A DNA stretch of 64,000 nt. Origin: Spirochaetia bacterium. Lineage in GTDB: Bacteria > Spirochaetota > Spirochaetia > CAKZLE01. A model generated the notes under the pieces. That model did no database searches. It saw only the letters and a program-made list of their open reading frames with translations, and was not told where the DNA came from. Each line of letters opens with the position of its first letter. The stretch's first letter is position 1. The position numbers were made by a program, and so were the translations under genes. Below, in pieces: positions 1 through 8,353 of the stretch. The stretch is from positions 320,001-384,000 of the forward strand of contig OY782041.1 of assembly GCA_963677595.1 (NCBI GenBank), in the 5' to 3' direction.

Positions 1-153
1 TTTCTCATACTCTGCTTCCGGGTAGATGTTGGAGTTCGAATAGAAGAGAACCACCTCCTCGCCGCGTTCGATGAGGCGTTCTATTGAGCCTGATGCGCAC
101 GGGGCGCAGCAGACATGGAGGAGATACTGATCGATTCTACCGCTGTTTGACAT
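1..153 (-). CDS. queH: Epoxyqueuosine reductase QueH (DUF208), 5' part; runs off the window
   Basis: Manual translation from ATG at 153: MSNSGRIDQYLLHVCCAPCASGSIERL...LFYSNSNIYPEAEYEK; matches the QueH LLHxCCAPC and FYNxNIxPxxEY motifs. Not in the ORF track. Confidence 0.88.
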   Translation of the reverse strand, partial: MSNSGRIDQYLLHVCCAPCASGSIERLIERGEEVVLFYSNSNIYPEAEYEK

Positions 154-216
154 TTCGCTACACATTATACATGATTATCCCGGTTTGGTAACCACCGGAG
201 GTCCCCCTGCGCACGA

Positions 217-238
217 GAAGCCGGGTCTCCCCGGCTTC
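217..238 (-). terminator. Hairpin downstream of ndk
   Basis: GAAGCCGGG-TCTC-CCCGGCTTC perfect 9-bp stem just past the ndk stop; weak U-tract. Confidence 0.5.
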
Positions 239-260
239 CGCTCGTCATCCCGTCAGCTTG

Positions 261-1442
261 CTAGAGCTGCAGGAAGGTCTCGATGATGGTAGAGCAGCTG
301 TTCTCCTCGATCTTGACGATCTTCATCTCCCTGACTGCATTGTCAGGTGAATCCGAGGCATGGGCTGTGTTGACCATGACGTTCTGGCCGAACTCCCTCC
401 TGATCGTACCGCCGGGAGCCTTGGTCGGGTCAGTCGGCCCGAGGACCTCCCTGATCTTCGCCACGGCATTCTCCCCTTCATAGATCAGGACCATGCTCTT
501 GACCGATCCAGGGCTCTTGTACTCGTCCACCGGACAGGTATCAGGACGCTTCCCGGTCATGAACTCCAGGATCTGGTAGAACTGGTCCAGGGCCAGCTCC
601 TCCCCGAAGGAGGTCGTGAGGGAGGTGTTCACCTCATCACTGCACTTCACCCCGAACTCCCGCTCCAGCACGGCCCTGGCTTTCTCTCCGTAGATCGGGG
701 AGAGCTTCTTCTTCAGGACATCCTTGACCGGACCATAGAACTCGAGGGCCTGGGCAAGTGCCATCTGCTGCAGCTTGCAGCTGATGATCCTCAAGCCTGT
801 CCTGCTGAACATGTCTATGATAGTTCCGGGCTTGGAGCTCGCGAACTTCCAGTTATCGGGTTTGATGATGACCAGGGTACGCTCGATCCTCTCGGGATGC
901 GGATAGGTCATGTTCTCGATGATGGTCGGTTCATCCTTGATGAAGTCCTTGAAGAGCTCCAGGTGCATCTTCGCGGCGACAGCGTTCCTTGGAGTCAGCA
1001 CCGCCGGCTCGTAATAGAGGACGTCATCAGGGTCATCATGGGATGAGACGAAGTCCGCGTAGGTATCGCGGATGGTCTCACCATTGATTCGCTCCCAGTT
1101 CGTGTTCTCCATATAGAGGGGACCTGCGATCTTCGAGAGCTGATCATATGCATTCTCTCCGCTGAAGAGGAGCATCAGGATGCGGTGCCTTCGTCCACCG
1201 CTCGGTGAGAATGCCTGGATGATATACTTCTGGAGCAGTTTCCTGCCCCGCTCGTCGATCCCGCTGAGTGAACTGCTCAGGGACTGGGCATACGCTTCTG
1301 CGAACTCAGCCGTGGGGGCGAACATCTGCGCTCCCACCAGCTCCAGGTTGACCCGTGACAGCAGTCTCGAGACGACCCCGCCCGTCCTGCTCTTCGCTAT
1401 CGTGTAGGGAGTCACGAGAACATATGATAATTCTTGAGCCAT
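261..1442 (-). CDS. ndk: Nucleoside diphosphate kinase, long two-domain form
   Basis: ERTLVIIKPD, GPTDP-x3-PGGTIRREFG and NTAHASDS (catalytic His); degenerate N-terminal NDK-like repeat (GETIRDTYA). Confidence 0.9.
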   Translation of the reverse strand: MAQELSYVLVTPYTIAKSRTGGVVSRLLSRVNLELVGAQMFAPTAEFAEAYAQSLSSSLSGIDERGRKLLQKYIIQAFSPSGGRRHRILMLLFSGENAYDQLSKIAGPLYMENTNWERINGETIRDTYADFVSSHDDPDDVLYYEPAVLTPRNAVAAKMHLELFKDFIKDEPTIIENMTYPHPERIERTLVIIKPDNWKFASSKPGTIIDMFSRTGLRIISCKLQQMALAQALEFYGPVKDVLKKKLSPIYGEKARAVLEREFGVKCSDEVNTSLTTSFGEELALDQFYQILEFMTGKRPDTCPVDEYKSPGSVKSMVLIYEGENAVAKIREVLGPTDPTKAPGGTIRREFGQNVMVNTAHASDSPDNAVREMKIVKIEENSCSTIIETFLQL

Positions 1443-1575
1443 TGAAAACCTCCTAGCTCATGTATAAGTTTCTAACCACCATCACACCGTATACCATACC
1501 TGAAGCCTTTTCTCAACCGGCAAACCCGGTATTCACGGGATAATCACGGAGATGGAACGGTATGCCGGCCTTACG

Positions 1576-1612
1576 CAAAAACAGCATACCGTCATCCCTG
1601 ATGATATGCTGC
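1576..1612 (-). terminator. Intrinsic terminator after lipoprotein gene
   Basis: Minus strand CAGCATATC...GGTATGCTG followed by TTTTT. Confidence 0.6.
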
Positions 1613-1638
1613 TGTTACTACCCCTGGAGATAGGGATC

Positions 1639-2337
1639 TTATTTGTAGGTGCCCGTTAACGTGAACTGCCCGACGGCTGCAAGATCCTCTTCATCATAGG
1701 GATTGTAATAGTTATCCCAAGCCAGGGATCCCGTTAGTGTTCCCTGCACATTATATGCAGATTCTCCCACTGATTTTGCCTTCATGCTCAATTCGCCATT
1801 GACCGGGAACATCCCGGAAATATCTCCATTGGCCTTAAAGGTCATGATCGGCAGGCCGCCTTTTATCAGGGTTATATCACTGTGGTTGACACCGGAGAGA
1901 TCGAATGCCCCATACTCATTCAACACCATGCTGAAGTTCGTCGCATTATCCATCATAATCGAAGCGCCATCGATATAGTCCCAGTCCGACTCGACAACAA
2001 GATTGTCCCAGCCGTAATAATAGAGGAGCATTGCCTGCTCTTCTTCAGAGATCCCAGCATACATGGTGAAGTAATCCCAGGTCAGGAATGACTCATCCCG
2101 GGTCAGCCAGCGATCCCCAGCACCTACGGGATACGTATCTGCCGCGATCTGGAACACCCGCACGGTAGCGGTGAATTGTGATGATTCGCCCTTCACCGCA
2201 TCATCGCTGGTGACTCCCCTGCTCTCTATTGCATAATCCTCTGTGACATCCTTCTGCATGAACAGGTCACAGCCTGCCAGACTCATGATCAGGATCATGG
2301 ATACTGCTAACAGTACAAATTTTCTCATAGTCAACAC
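1639..2337 (-). CDS. Hypothetical lipoprotein
   Basis: Basic N-terminus, hydrophobic core and LAGC lipobox; AAGGAG upstream; exact start uncertain. Confidence 0.75.
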   Translation of the reverse strand: MLTMRKFVLLAVSMILIMSLAGCDLFMQKDVTEDYAIESRGVTSDDAVKGESSQFTATVRVFQIAADTYPVGAGDRWLTRDESFLTWDYFTMYAGISEEEQAMLLYYYGWDNLVVESDWDYIDGASIMMDNATNFSMVLNEYGAFDLSGVNHSDITLIKGGLPIMTFKANGDISGMFPVNGELSMKAKSVGESAYNVQGTLTGSLAWDNYYNPYDEEDLAAVGQFTLTGTYK

Positions 2338-2464
2338 TCACTCCTTACATCATAACAACTAGCATAATCCTACACGAAAATAAGTTATCATGCAAAGACT
2401 TTAGGAGTTTTCTTATGAGTTTCTCATCATTACCGTAGAAGGATCTGAAACCAGATCAGAATTC

Positions 2465-2689
2465 TCAGCCCTGTACCCCTCCGATGATCAGGAGCACGAC
2501 CCCCGCAGCCCCGATCACGATCGCGGCTACCTGGCAGATCCTCACGGCGGTGTCGTCACTCATGTTCTTCCCGAGTTTCATCTTGACCAGCTTGAGTATG
2601 CCGGGGCTCCTCTTGATCCCCCCGAAATACCCGACGCCACCGAAATACAGCAGGCAGGCAAGCCCTCCAAGCAAATATCCTATTCCCAT
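2465..2689 (-). CDS. Small two-TM membrane protein, last gene of the exporter operon
   Basis: AGGAGG RBS, two hydrophobic segments, same strand as the operon. Confidence 0.7.
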   Translation of the reverse strand: MGIGYLLGGLACLLYFGGVGYFGGIKRSPGILKLVKMKLGKNMSDDTAVRICQVAAIVIGAAGVVLLIIGGVQG

Positions 2690-2732
2690 AATGAATCCTC
2701 CTATCTATCGTTCTTCGAGTGCTTCCCGCACC

Positions 2733-3737
2733 CTAACTCATCCCCTTCCTGATCCTCGGCATGGCTATGACATAGATGACCATGGAGAGGGCGAATACCA
2801 GTCCTGCGCTCAGCAGGACCTCTCCCCAGCCCGCCGTCTTCGTGAGGATCGACTCATTCGCCTTGTATGCCCAGTAGAACGGGCTCCAGTACATGGTCCA
2901 CTGCCACGTGTCCGAGAGGAACTCATAGCCTGCGATCGACCCTGCGATCGGCAGCAGGAGCATCTTCACACCCGAGGCCGCCTCGATGATGTCATTGCTG
3001 GTGAGTCCCTGGAGGAACCCGATGATGAGGCTCAGGATCATCGACATCAGCCCGATGAGGATGATCATGAACCAGTTGATGTCATAGTAGCCGGTGATCA
3101 GGACCGCTGAGACGATCCCCACCAGGGTCGTGAGCCCCCCGATCATGCTCTTCCCTACGATGAACTCATTCTGCGAGACCGGCGTGACATTGACGGCACT
3201 GATCGTGTTGCTCTGCTTCTCATCGACGATACCGAGCGCGATGAGCATGCCGGAGAGCATGATCGTCATGGCTATGAGCATATTGACCAGCTTCGTCTTG
3301 ATCGGCGATACCGTCCGCCCGAAGTCCACCATCTGAGCGGTGGAGTCCTCCTTCTTCGCATCCAGTTCATAGAGCGCCTGGTAGGTCCTTGCTGCCTCTA
3401 TGATGCTCTCAGCCTCGTTCCCCTGCACCAGGATCTCGTAACTCCCGTCCGTGAGGGGGATGAGCCCCATGATCTCATCCCGCTTGAGGACCCTCCGCTC
3501 CAGTTCATCCATGGAGGGGAACATCTCCACCTTCGCATACCGCTCCATGAAGGCGATATGCTGAGGAGTATCAGCCTCAAGCAGGGCGAACTTCACAGTC
3601 GTATCATTCAGCCCGGGGGCTGAGAAGTTGATGACAACGGCAATGATGATGGGGATGATCATGATATAGAGCATCAGCGCATCCCTCCGTGCCGAGAGGA
3701 GGTCGCGTCCTAACAATGCCAGTAACCGTTTCAACAT
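2733..3737 (-). CDS. ABC-2 type exporter permease
   Basis: N-terminal TM, soluble loop, five TMs; DEKQSNTISAVNVTP motif. Confidence 0.88.
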   Translation of the reverse strand: MLKRLLALLGRDLLSARRDALMLYIMIIPIIIAVVINFSAPGLNDTTVKFALLEADTPQHIAFMERYAKVEMFPSMDELERRVLKRDEIMGLIPLTDGSYEILVQGNEAESIIEAARTYQALYELDAKKEDSTAQMVDFGRTVSPIKTKLVNMLIAMTIMLSGMLIALGIVDEKQSNTISAVNVTPVSQNEFIVGKSMIGGLTTLVGIVSAVLITGYYDINWFMIILIGLMSMILSLIIGFLQGLTSNDIIEAASGVKMLLLPIAGSIAGYEFLSDTWQWTMYWSPFYWAYKANESILTKTAGWGEVLLSAGLVFALSMVIYVIAMPRIRKGMS

Positions 3738-3750
3738 ACTACCTTCCTCC

Positions 3751-4947
3751 TTATATCCTCAGGCTCTTCCGGAACCTGATGTCCGATAACCAGAGCAGCA
3801 GGACTCCCCCGATGAGGAATCCCGCTGATGCGACCCAGACATAGGTCAGGTCGCCTGACCCCAGCAGCAGGTCCCTGAACCCCTGCAGCAGCGGGTACGA
3901 CGGGAAGAACCGGAGCCAGAGTGGGTCGAAACTCGGGATGTAGTAGGAGAATCCCGGGATCATCAGCGCGATCATCAGTCCGTAGAGGATCCCGAAGGCC
4001 TTGCTGAGGGTATCGAAGAAGCTTGAGATCAGGAGTCCTGCAGCCGAGAAAGCGAACGAGGTGATGATGAGGTACAGGATGAGTACCGGGTAGTTCGGTC
4101 CTGCCCCCATGACCGGGATCACGATGATCGCCGAAGAGAGGATGATCGTAGTGCAGATCACCATGATCTTGCTCAGCAGGTAGCTCATCATCTTCACCGG
4201 CGTGACGACCAAGGCATTGATCACCCCCTCATCCTTGTCGAGATAGACATAGGCGACGACGATGAAGATACCCATGAGAGAGCCTGCGAAAGCGAGGAAG
4301 GCAGGCACGAGGTTCTCGCGGTTGTTCAGGCGGTCTGTTGACCCGAGCTCCCTGACCTGCTGCCTCTCTGCCTGTGCCTCGAGTACGGTAAGGTTCTCAT
4401 TGTGCAGGATGTACATCGCATCGATGAGCCGATCAGTCTCGTAGCCCTGGTTCACATACTCGTAGTGCACCCTCCCATCGTTCCCGAATGAGAGGACTGC
4501 CCCTATTGCCCGTTCCTGGTAAGCGATCCGATAGAGGTCCTCGATAGTATCGAGGAGGTACTGCGTACCTTCCACCCTCCCCGTCTCCGGATCGACCGAA
4601 TGGCGGGTCTCAAGAAGGAGGGTCTTCTCCTCCGGGAAATCATAATCGGTCACCACTCCGGTATCCCGGTTGGTGAGCGTGAACTTCGCGGGCTTCAGCA
4701 CCCACTCCGTCGGCTCCTCGAGGATGACGAGCTTACCCTCCTTCACCCGCTGGGCCTCGAAACTCCCTATGACGGCATCCATCGAGTCGTCATAGAGGAG
4801 GAACTCCTTCATCCTGCTGTCAGGGTTCTCCGAGATCCCGAACAGGAGGATGATGAGCATGATGACAGCGACGAAGAGCTCGATATAGAAGTAGAATCCC
4901 CGCGCCGCTATCTTCATCTCCTTCGCATAGACAGTCAGCAGTTTCAT
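3751..4947 (-). CDS. ABC-2 type exporter permease
   Basis: DKDEGVINALVVTP...YLLSK motif; multi-TM. Confidence 0.88.
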   Translation of the reverse strand: MKLLTVYAKEMKIAARGFYFYIELFVAVIMLIILLFGISENPDSRMKEFLLYDDSMDAVIGSFEAQRVKEGKLVILEEPTEWVLKPAKFTLTNRDTGVVTDYDFPEEKTLLLETRHSVDPETGRVEGTQYLLDTIEDLYRIAYQERAIGAVLSFGNDGRVHYEYVNQGYETDRLIDAMYILHNENLTVLEAQAERQQVRELGSTDRLNNRENLVPAFLAFAGSLMGIFIVVAYVYLDKDEGVINALVVTPVKMMSYLLSKIMVICTTIILSSAIIVIPVMGAGPNYPVLILYLIITSFAFSAAGLLISSFFDTLSKAFGILYGLMIALMIPGFSYYIPSFDPLWLRFFPSYPLLQGFRDLLLGSGDLTYVWVASAGFLIGGVLLLWLSDIRFRKSLRI

Positions 4948-5802
4948 CTATGACAGCCCCCTTCCCGTGACCTGGATGAAGATCTCCTCGAGCGTCGCCT
5001 CCTTGGTGTGCATCGTCTGGACCTGGCAGCTCCTCACGATCTCCCCGATCCGGTTCCGGTCTGAGTCCTCGACCGTCTTGAGGGTCTCTTTCTTCAAGAC
5101 ACCTTTCTCGATGTACTCGATCTCCACCAGCTTCTTCCCGTATTGGAGCTTCAGGTTCTTCGGGGTATCGATGAGCTTGATCTCCCCGTCGATGATGAAG
5201 GCGACACGGTCGCAGAGCTCATCCGCTATATACATGTTGTGGGTGGTGAGGAAACAGGTCGTCCCCGATGCTGCCTTATCCCGGATGATCGACTTGATCG
5301 TCGCTGCGATCGTGGGGTCGAGCCCGGTGGTCGGCTCATCGAGGAACCAGAGCTCGGGATTGTTGATCATGCTCCTGGCAAAGGTCAGCCGGTGCTTCAT
5401 CCCCTTGGAGAACTCCCCAGCCCGTATATCCTCCTTCCCGTCAAGCCCGACTAAGCTGATCAGCTCACGGGGATCAGCCGTGGGGACGTCGAAGAGATTC
5501 GCATAGAATTCGAGGTTCTCCCTGGCAGTCAGCTTGCCGTAGACGTTCGACTGCTCGAAGGAGACCCCGATCTTGTTGAACCGCTCCTTGCTCACCTTCT
5601 TCACGTCATACCCCGCGACGGAGACCTCCCCGGACTGCTGGACAAGGAGCCCGGTGAGGATGCCCTGGGTCGTCGACTTACCGGCACCCGACGGGCCGAG
5701 GAACCCGAAGGTCTCCCCCTTCCCGACCTCAAAGCTGATGTCGTTCACGGCGAACTTCCCATCCCTGTTGTATGAGTGAGACAGATTCTTCACTGAGATC
5801 AT
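4948..5802 (-). CDS. ABC exporter ATP-binding protein
   Basis: Walker A GPSGAGKST, signature FSKGM, Walker B WFLDEP, H-loop TTH. Confidence 0.95.
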   Translation of the reverse strand: MISVKNLSHSYNRDGKFAVNDISFEVGKGETFGFLGPSGAGKSTTQGILTGLLVQQSGEVSVAGYDVKKVSKERFNKIGVSFEQSNVYGKLTARENLEFYANLFDVPTADPRELISLVGLDGKEDIRAGEFSKGMKHRLTFARSMINNPELWFLDEPTTGLDPTIAATIKSIIRDKAASGTTCFLTTHNMYIADELCDRVAFIIDGEIKLIDTPKNLKLQYGKKLVEIEYIEKGVLKKETLKTVEDSDRNRIGEIVRSCQVQTMHTKEATLEEIFIQVTGRGLS

Positions 5803-6461
5803 TACTCCTCCCCTCCCTCCGGGTCCTTGTATATGGCCCGTTTCAGGATATCTGTATAGGTATCGAACGTCTGCTGGATATCATGGTAATGCCCCGGGTC
5901 ATGCTGCGAATGTTCCGGGGGGTAATACCGCTTCGAGATCCCCTCCATGGTCCATTCGAGCAGCTCGATATACTCCCCGACCCTGCCCGGGTCACGGAAC
6001 CGTGTGAAGTCTATATGTTCTGAGTAGATCCGCTGCATGAGCCCGTCCACGTCGATATCGAACCTGCGGTAGAGGGCCTTCGCCTTCCCGATGTCGATAT
6101 CGCCGGGGTCCGGTGCGATCAGCCGGTAGACGAAGTCGAAGAGGCCGGGATGCCGGTCCTCCATCTGGAGTTTCAGGATCGCGATCTGCCTGATACGGGC
6201 GATGAGGTCCGGCTCACTCCAGTCGAGGTTGTCCTCGATATGGTGGAACATCGTCGTGATGACGTAGGCGGAAAGGGAATCGTAGAGGTCCTGCTTGTCT
6301 GTGAAGTAGTGGAAGAGCAGGCCTTTCGAGATCCCGGCCTTCTTCACGATACTGTTGGTGGAAGCCTTCCCAAAGGGAAGATGTGAGAACTCATCGATCG
6401 CTGCGTTGATGAGACGGGTTCTCTTATCGGGATCCATCTGCTGGAGCTTGTCTTCCACCAT
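5802..6461 (-). CDS. TetR/AcrR family regulator
   Basis: HTH ASTNSIVKKAGISKGLLFHYF. Confidence 0.93.
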   Translation of the reverse strand: MVEDKLQQMDPDKRTRLINAAIDEFSHLPFGKASTNSIVKKAGISKGLLFHYFTDKQDLYDSLSAYVITTMFHHIEDNLDWSEPDLIARIRQIAILKLQMEDRHPGLFDFVYRLIAPDPGDIDIGKAKALYRRFDIDVDGLMQRIYSEHIDFTRFRDPGRVGEYIELLEWTMEGISKRYYPPEHSQHDPGHYHDIQQTFDTYTDILKRAIYKDPEGGEE

Positions 6462-6472
6462 ACCCTCCTGCG

Positions 6473-6523
6473 TTGACCACTGTGGTCAATACTATCGTAC
6501 TACCATTGACCACTGCGGTCAAT
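6473..6523. promoter_or_regulatory. Tandem palindromic TetR operators
   Basis: TTGACCAC-T-GTGGTCAA (6473-6489) and ATTGACCACTGCGGTCAAT (6505-6523) directly upstream of tetR. Confidence 0.85.
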
Positions 6524-6599
6524 ATGCGGGGGATGAAGTTTTTTCATGAGTTCCCCGCAAATTTAAATCAAAACGGCCGAATCCCTGTTAGTAACCAGT

Positions 6600-7574
6600 A
6601 TGAGGAGGCATGAAATGATAAGAGAACCTATCACGTATGACGGGAAGCTGCTCCTCCCGATCACGAGCGACATCATGTTCAAGGCTGTGTTCAGCCGACC
6701 CGAGAGCAGGGACCTCTTAGTCGACCTGCTGAACACCTACCTCAAGATGGGGATAGCTTCCCCTGAGGACATAGACCTGGTAGCCGGGGAGAAACTCCTG
6801 CGCTACACCGAGGACAAGCTCTTTCGCCTCGACCTGCGGGTGAAGACAGCCTCCGGTGAACAGGTCAACATAGAGATCCAGGCAGTCAACCATCATGACA
6901 TCATCGAACGCAGCCTCTTCTATGTCACCGGTATGTACCATGACCAGTTTGAGAAGGGAATGCCATATAATAAAGGGAGAAGGACTGTAGGGTTATACTT
7001 TCTGTGCTATAATGAGTTTGCAGGGAGTCACTTCAAACATTCGTTCATCTTCAGAGAAGAGACCGTCGAAGGGCTGCCGCTGAAGGAGTTGCTCAAGGTA
7101 GTCTACGTGGAGCTCCAGAAGGTCCCGAAGGAAGGGGCTGACATCTGGAGCAGGCTGCTCACAGCAGCGAGTGAAGATGACCTCAAGGAGCTTGAAGCCG
7201 AGGCTCCCCTGATACAGAAGGCGGTGGGTATCATGAAGATCGTAAGTGAGGATGATGAGTTACGGTTCATTGAAACGATGAAGCGTAAAGCCGTGATGGA
7301 TGAGTACTCCAGGAGGGCCTCTGCGTTGTCGGAGGGCATGGCTAAAGGCATAGCTAAAGGTAAAGTTGAAGGTAAAGTTGAAGGCCGTGAAGAGACGCAG
7401 CAGGAGATCGCCCTCAAGCTTGCAGAACAGGGCTTCTCAAGCGAGCAAATCATTTCCCTGACTGGTATCGATGCGAACAAGCTTGCCGAAATCTCTCAGA
7501 ACAGGGCTGCCGCTGAAGGAGTTGCTCAAGGTAGTCTACGTGGAGCTCCAGAAGGTCCCGGAGGAGAGGGCTGA
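6600..7574 (+). CDS. Rpn-family / PD-(D/E)XK nuclease (PDDEXK_2); C-terminus altered by duplication
   Basis: DIMFKAVF, RLDLRV...NIEIQ, ERSLFY, EG-x3 repeats and C-terminal HTH-like tail. Confidence 0.88.
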   Translation: MRRHEMIREPITYDGKLLLPITSDIMFKAVFSRPESRDLLVDLLNTYLKMGIASPEDIDLVAGEKLLRYTEDKLFRLDLRVKTASGEQVNIEIQAVNHHDIIERSLFYVTGMYHDQFEKGMPYNKGRRTVGLYFLCYNEFAGSHFKHSFIFREETVEGLPLKELLKVVYVELQKVPKEGADIWSRLLTAASEDDLKELEAEAPLIQKAVGIMKIVSEDDELRFIETMKRKAVMDEYSRRASALSEGMAKGIAKGKVEGKVEGREETQQEIALKLAEQGFSSEQIISLTGIDANKLAEISQNRAAAEGVAQGSLRGAPEGPGGEG

Positions 7575-7927
7575 CATCTGGAGCAGGCTGCTCACAGCAG
7601 CGAGTGAAGATGACCTCAAGGAGCTTGAAGCCGGGGCTCCCCTGATACAGAAGGCGGTGGGTATCATGAAGATCGTAAGTGAGGATGATGAGTTACGGTT
7701 CATTGAAACGATGAAGCGTAAAGCCGTGATGGATGAGTACTCCAGGAGGGCCTCTGCGTTGTCAGAGGGCATAGCCAAAGGTAAAGTTGAAGGTAAAGTT
7801 GAAGGCCGTGAAGAGACACAGCAGGAGATCGCCCTCAAGCTTGCAGAACAGGGATTCTCAAGCGAGCAGATCATTTCCCTGACTGGTATCGATGCGAACA
7901 AGCTTGCCGAAATCTCTCAGAACAGGG
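7070..7927 (+). repeat. Tandem duplication of the Rpn 3' region (7070-7502, 433 bp; 7503-7923, 421 bp)
   Basis: Near-identical copies joined at an AGGG microhomology; several substitutions and a 12-bp indel in the GxAK repeat. Confidence 0.95.
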
Positions 7928-7935
7928 AGGTCTGA
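7666..7935 (+). CDS. Stand-alone Rpn C-terminal ORF (candidate RpnS-like protein)
   Basis: Open frame in the second repeat copy; ATG preceded by AAGGCGGTGG; ends with the presumed native terminus QNREV*. Confidence 0.5.
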   Translation: MKIVSEDDELRFIETMKRKAVMDEYSRRASALSEGIAKGKVEGKVEGREETQQEIALKLAEQGFSSEQIISLTGIDANKLAEISQNREV

Positions 7936-7940
7936 TACCG

Positions 7941-8333
7941 ATGATCGAACATGTCCATGAACACATGCTGGATGAGATCCGGACGAATACCAGGACCGAT
8001 ACCATCTTCGTCCTGGCATCCATCATGCTCAACCTGATCACCCTTGCCGTGAATTCTGGCCTTGGCAGCGATGATGCCCCGAACTACGCGATCATGGCGA
8101 TCTTCACGATCCTCGTCATCGTCGTGAACTCTGTCGCCATCATCGGGCTGCTCAAGGGACGGGCTGCACGGGCAAAGCTCACCGAGGGGATCCTGAAGAT
8201 CTATGCCGATAATGGCGTCGACGGGTATTACGACCGCTCACTGCTCGAATCCTACCGAACACGCTACCTGCTCTTCATGCTCGTCGTACTTGCCACGGGT
8301 CTGGTATCAGCTGTCGTTCCCTATTTCCTCTGA
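7941..8333 (+). CDS. Hypothetical three-TM membrane protein
   Basis: GGAGG RBS, three hydrophobic helices. Confidence 0.75.
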   Translation: MIEHVHEHMLDEIRTNTRTDTIFVLASIMLNLITLAVNSGLGSDDAPNYAIMAIFTILVIVVNSVAIIGLLKGRAARAKLTEGILKIYADNGVDGYYDRSLLESYRTRYLLFMLVVLATGLVSAVVPYFL

Positions 8334-8353
8334 CACAGGCCAGTACAGCAGGG

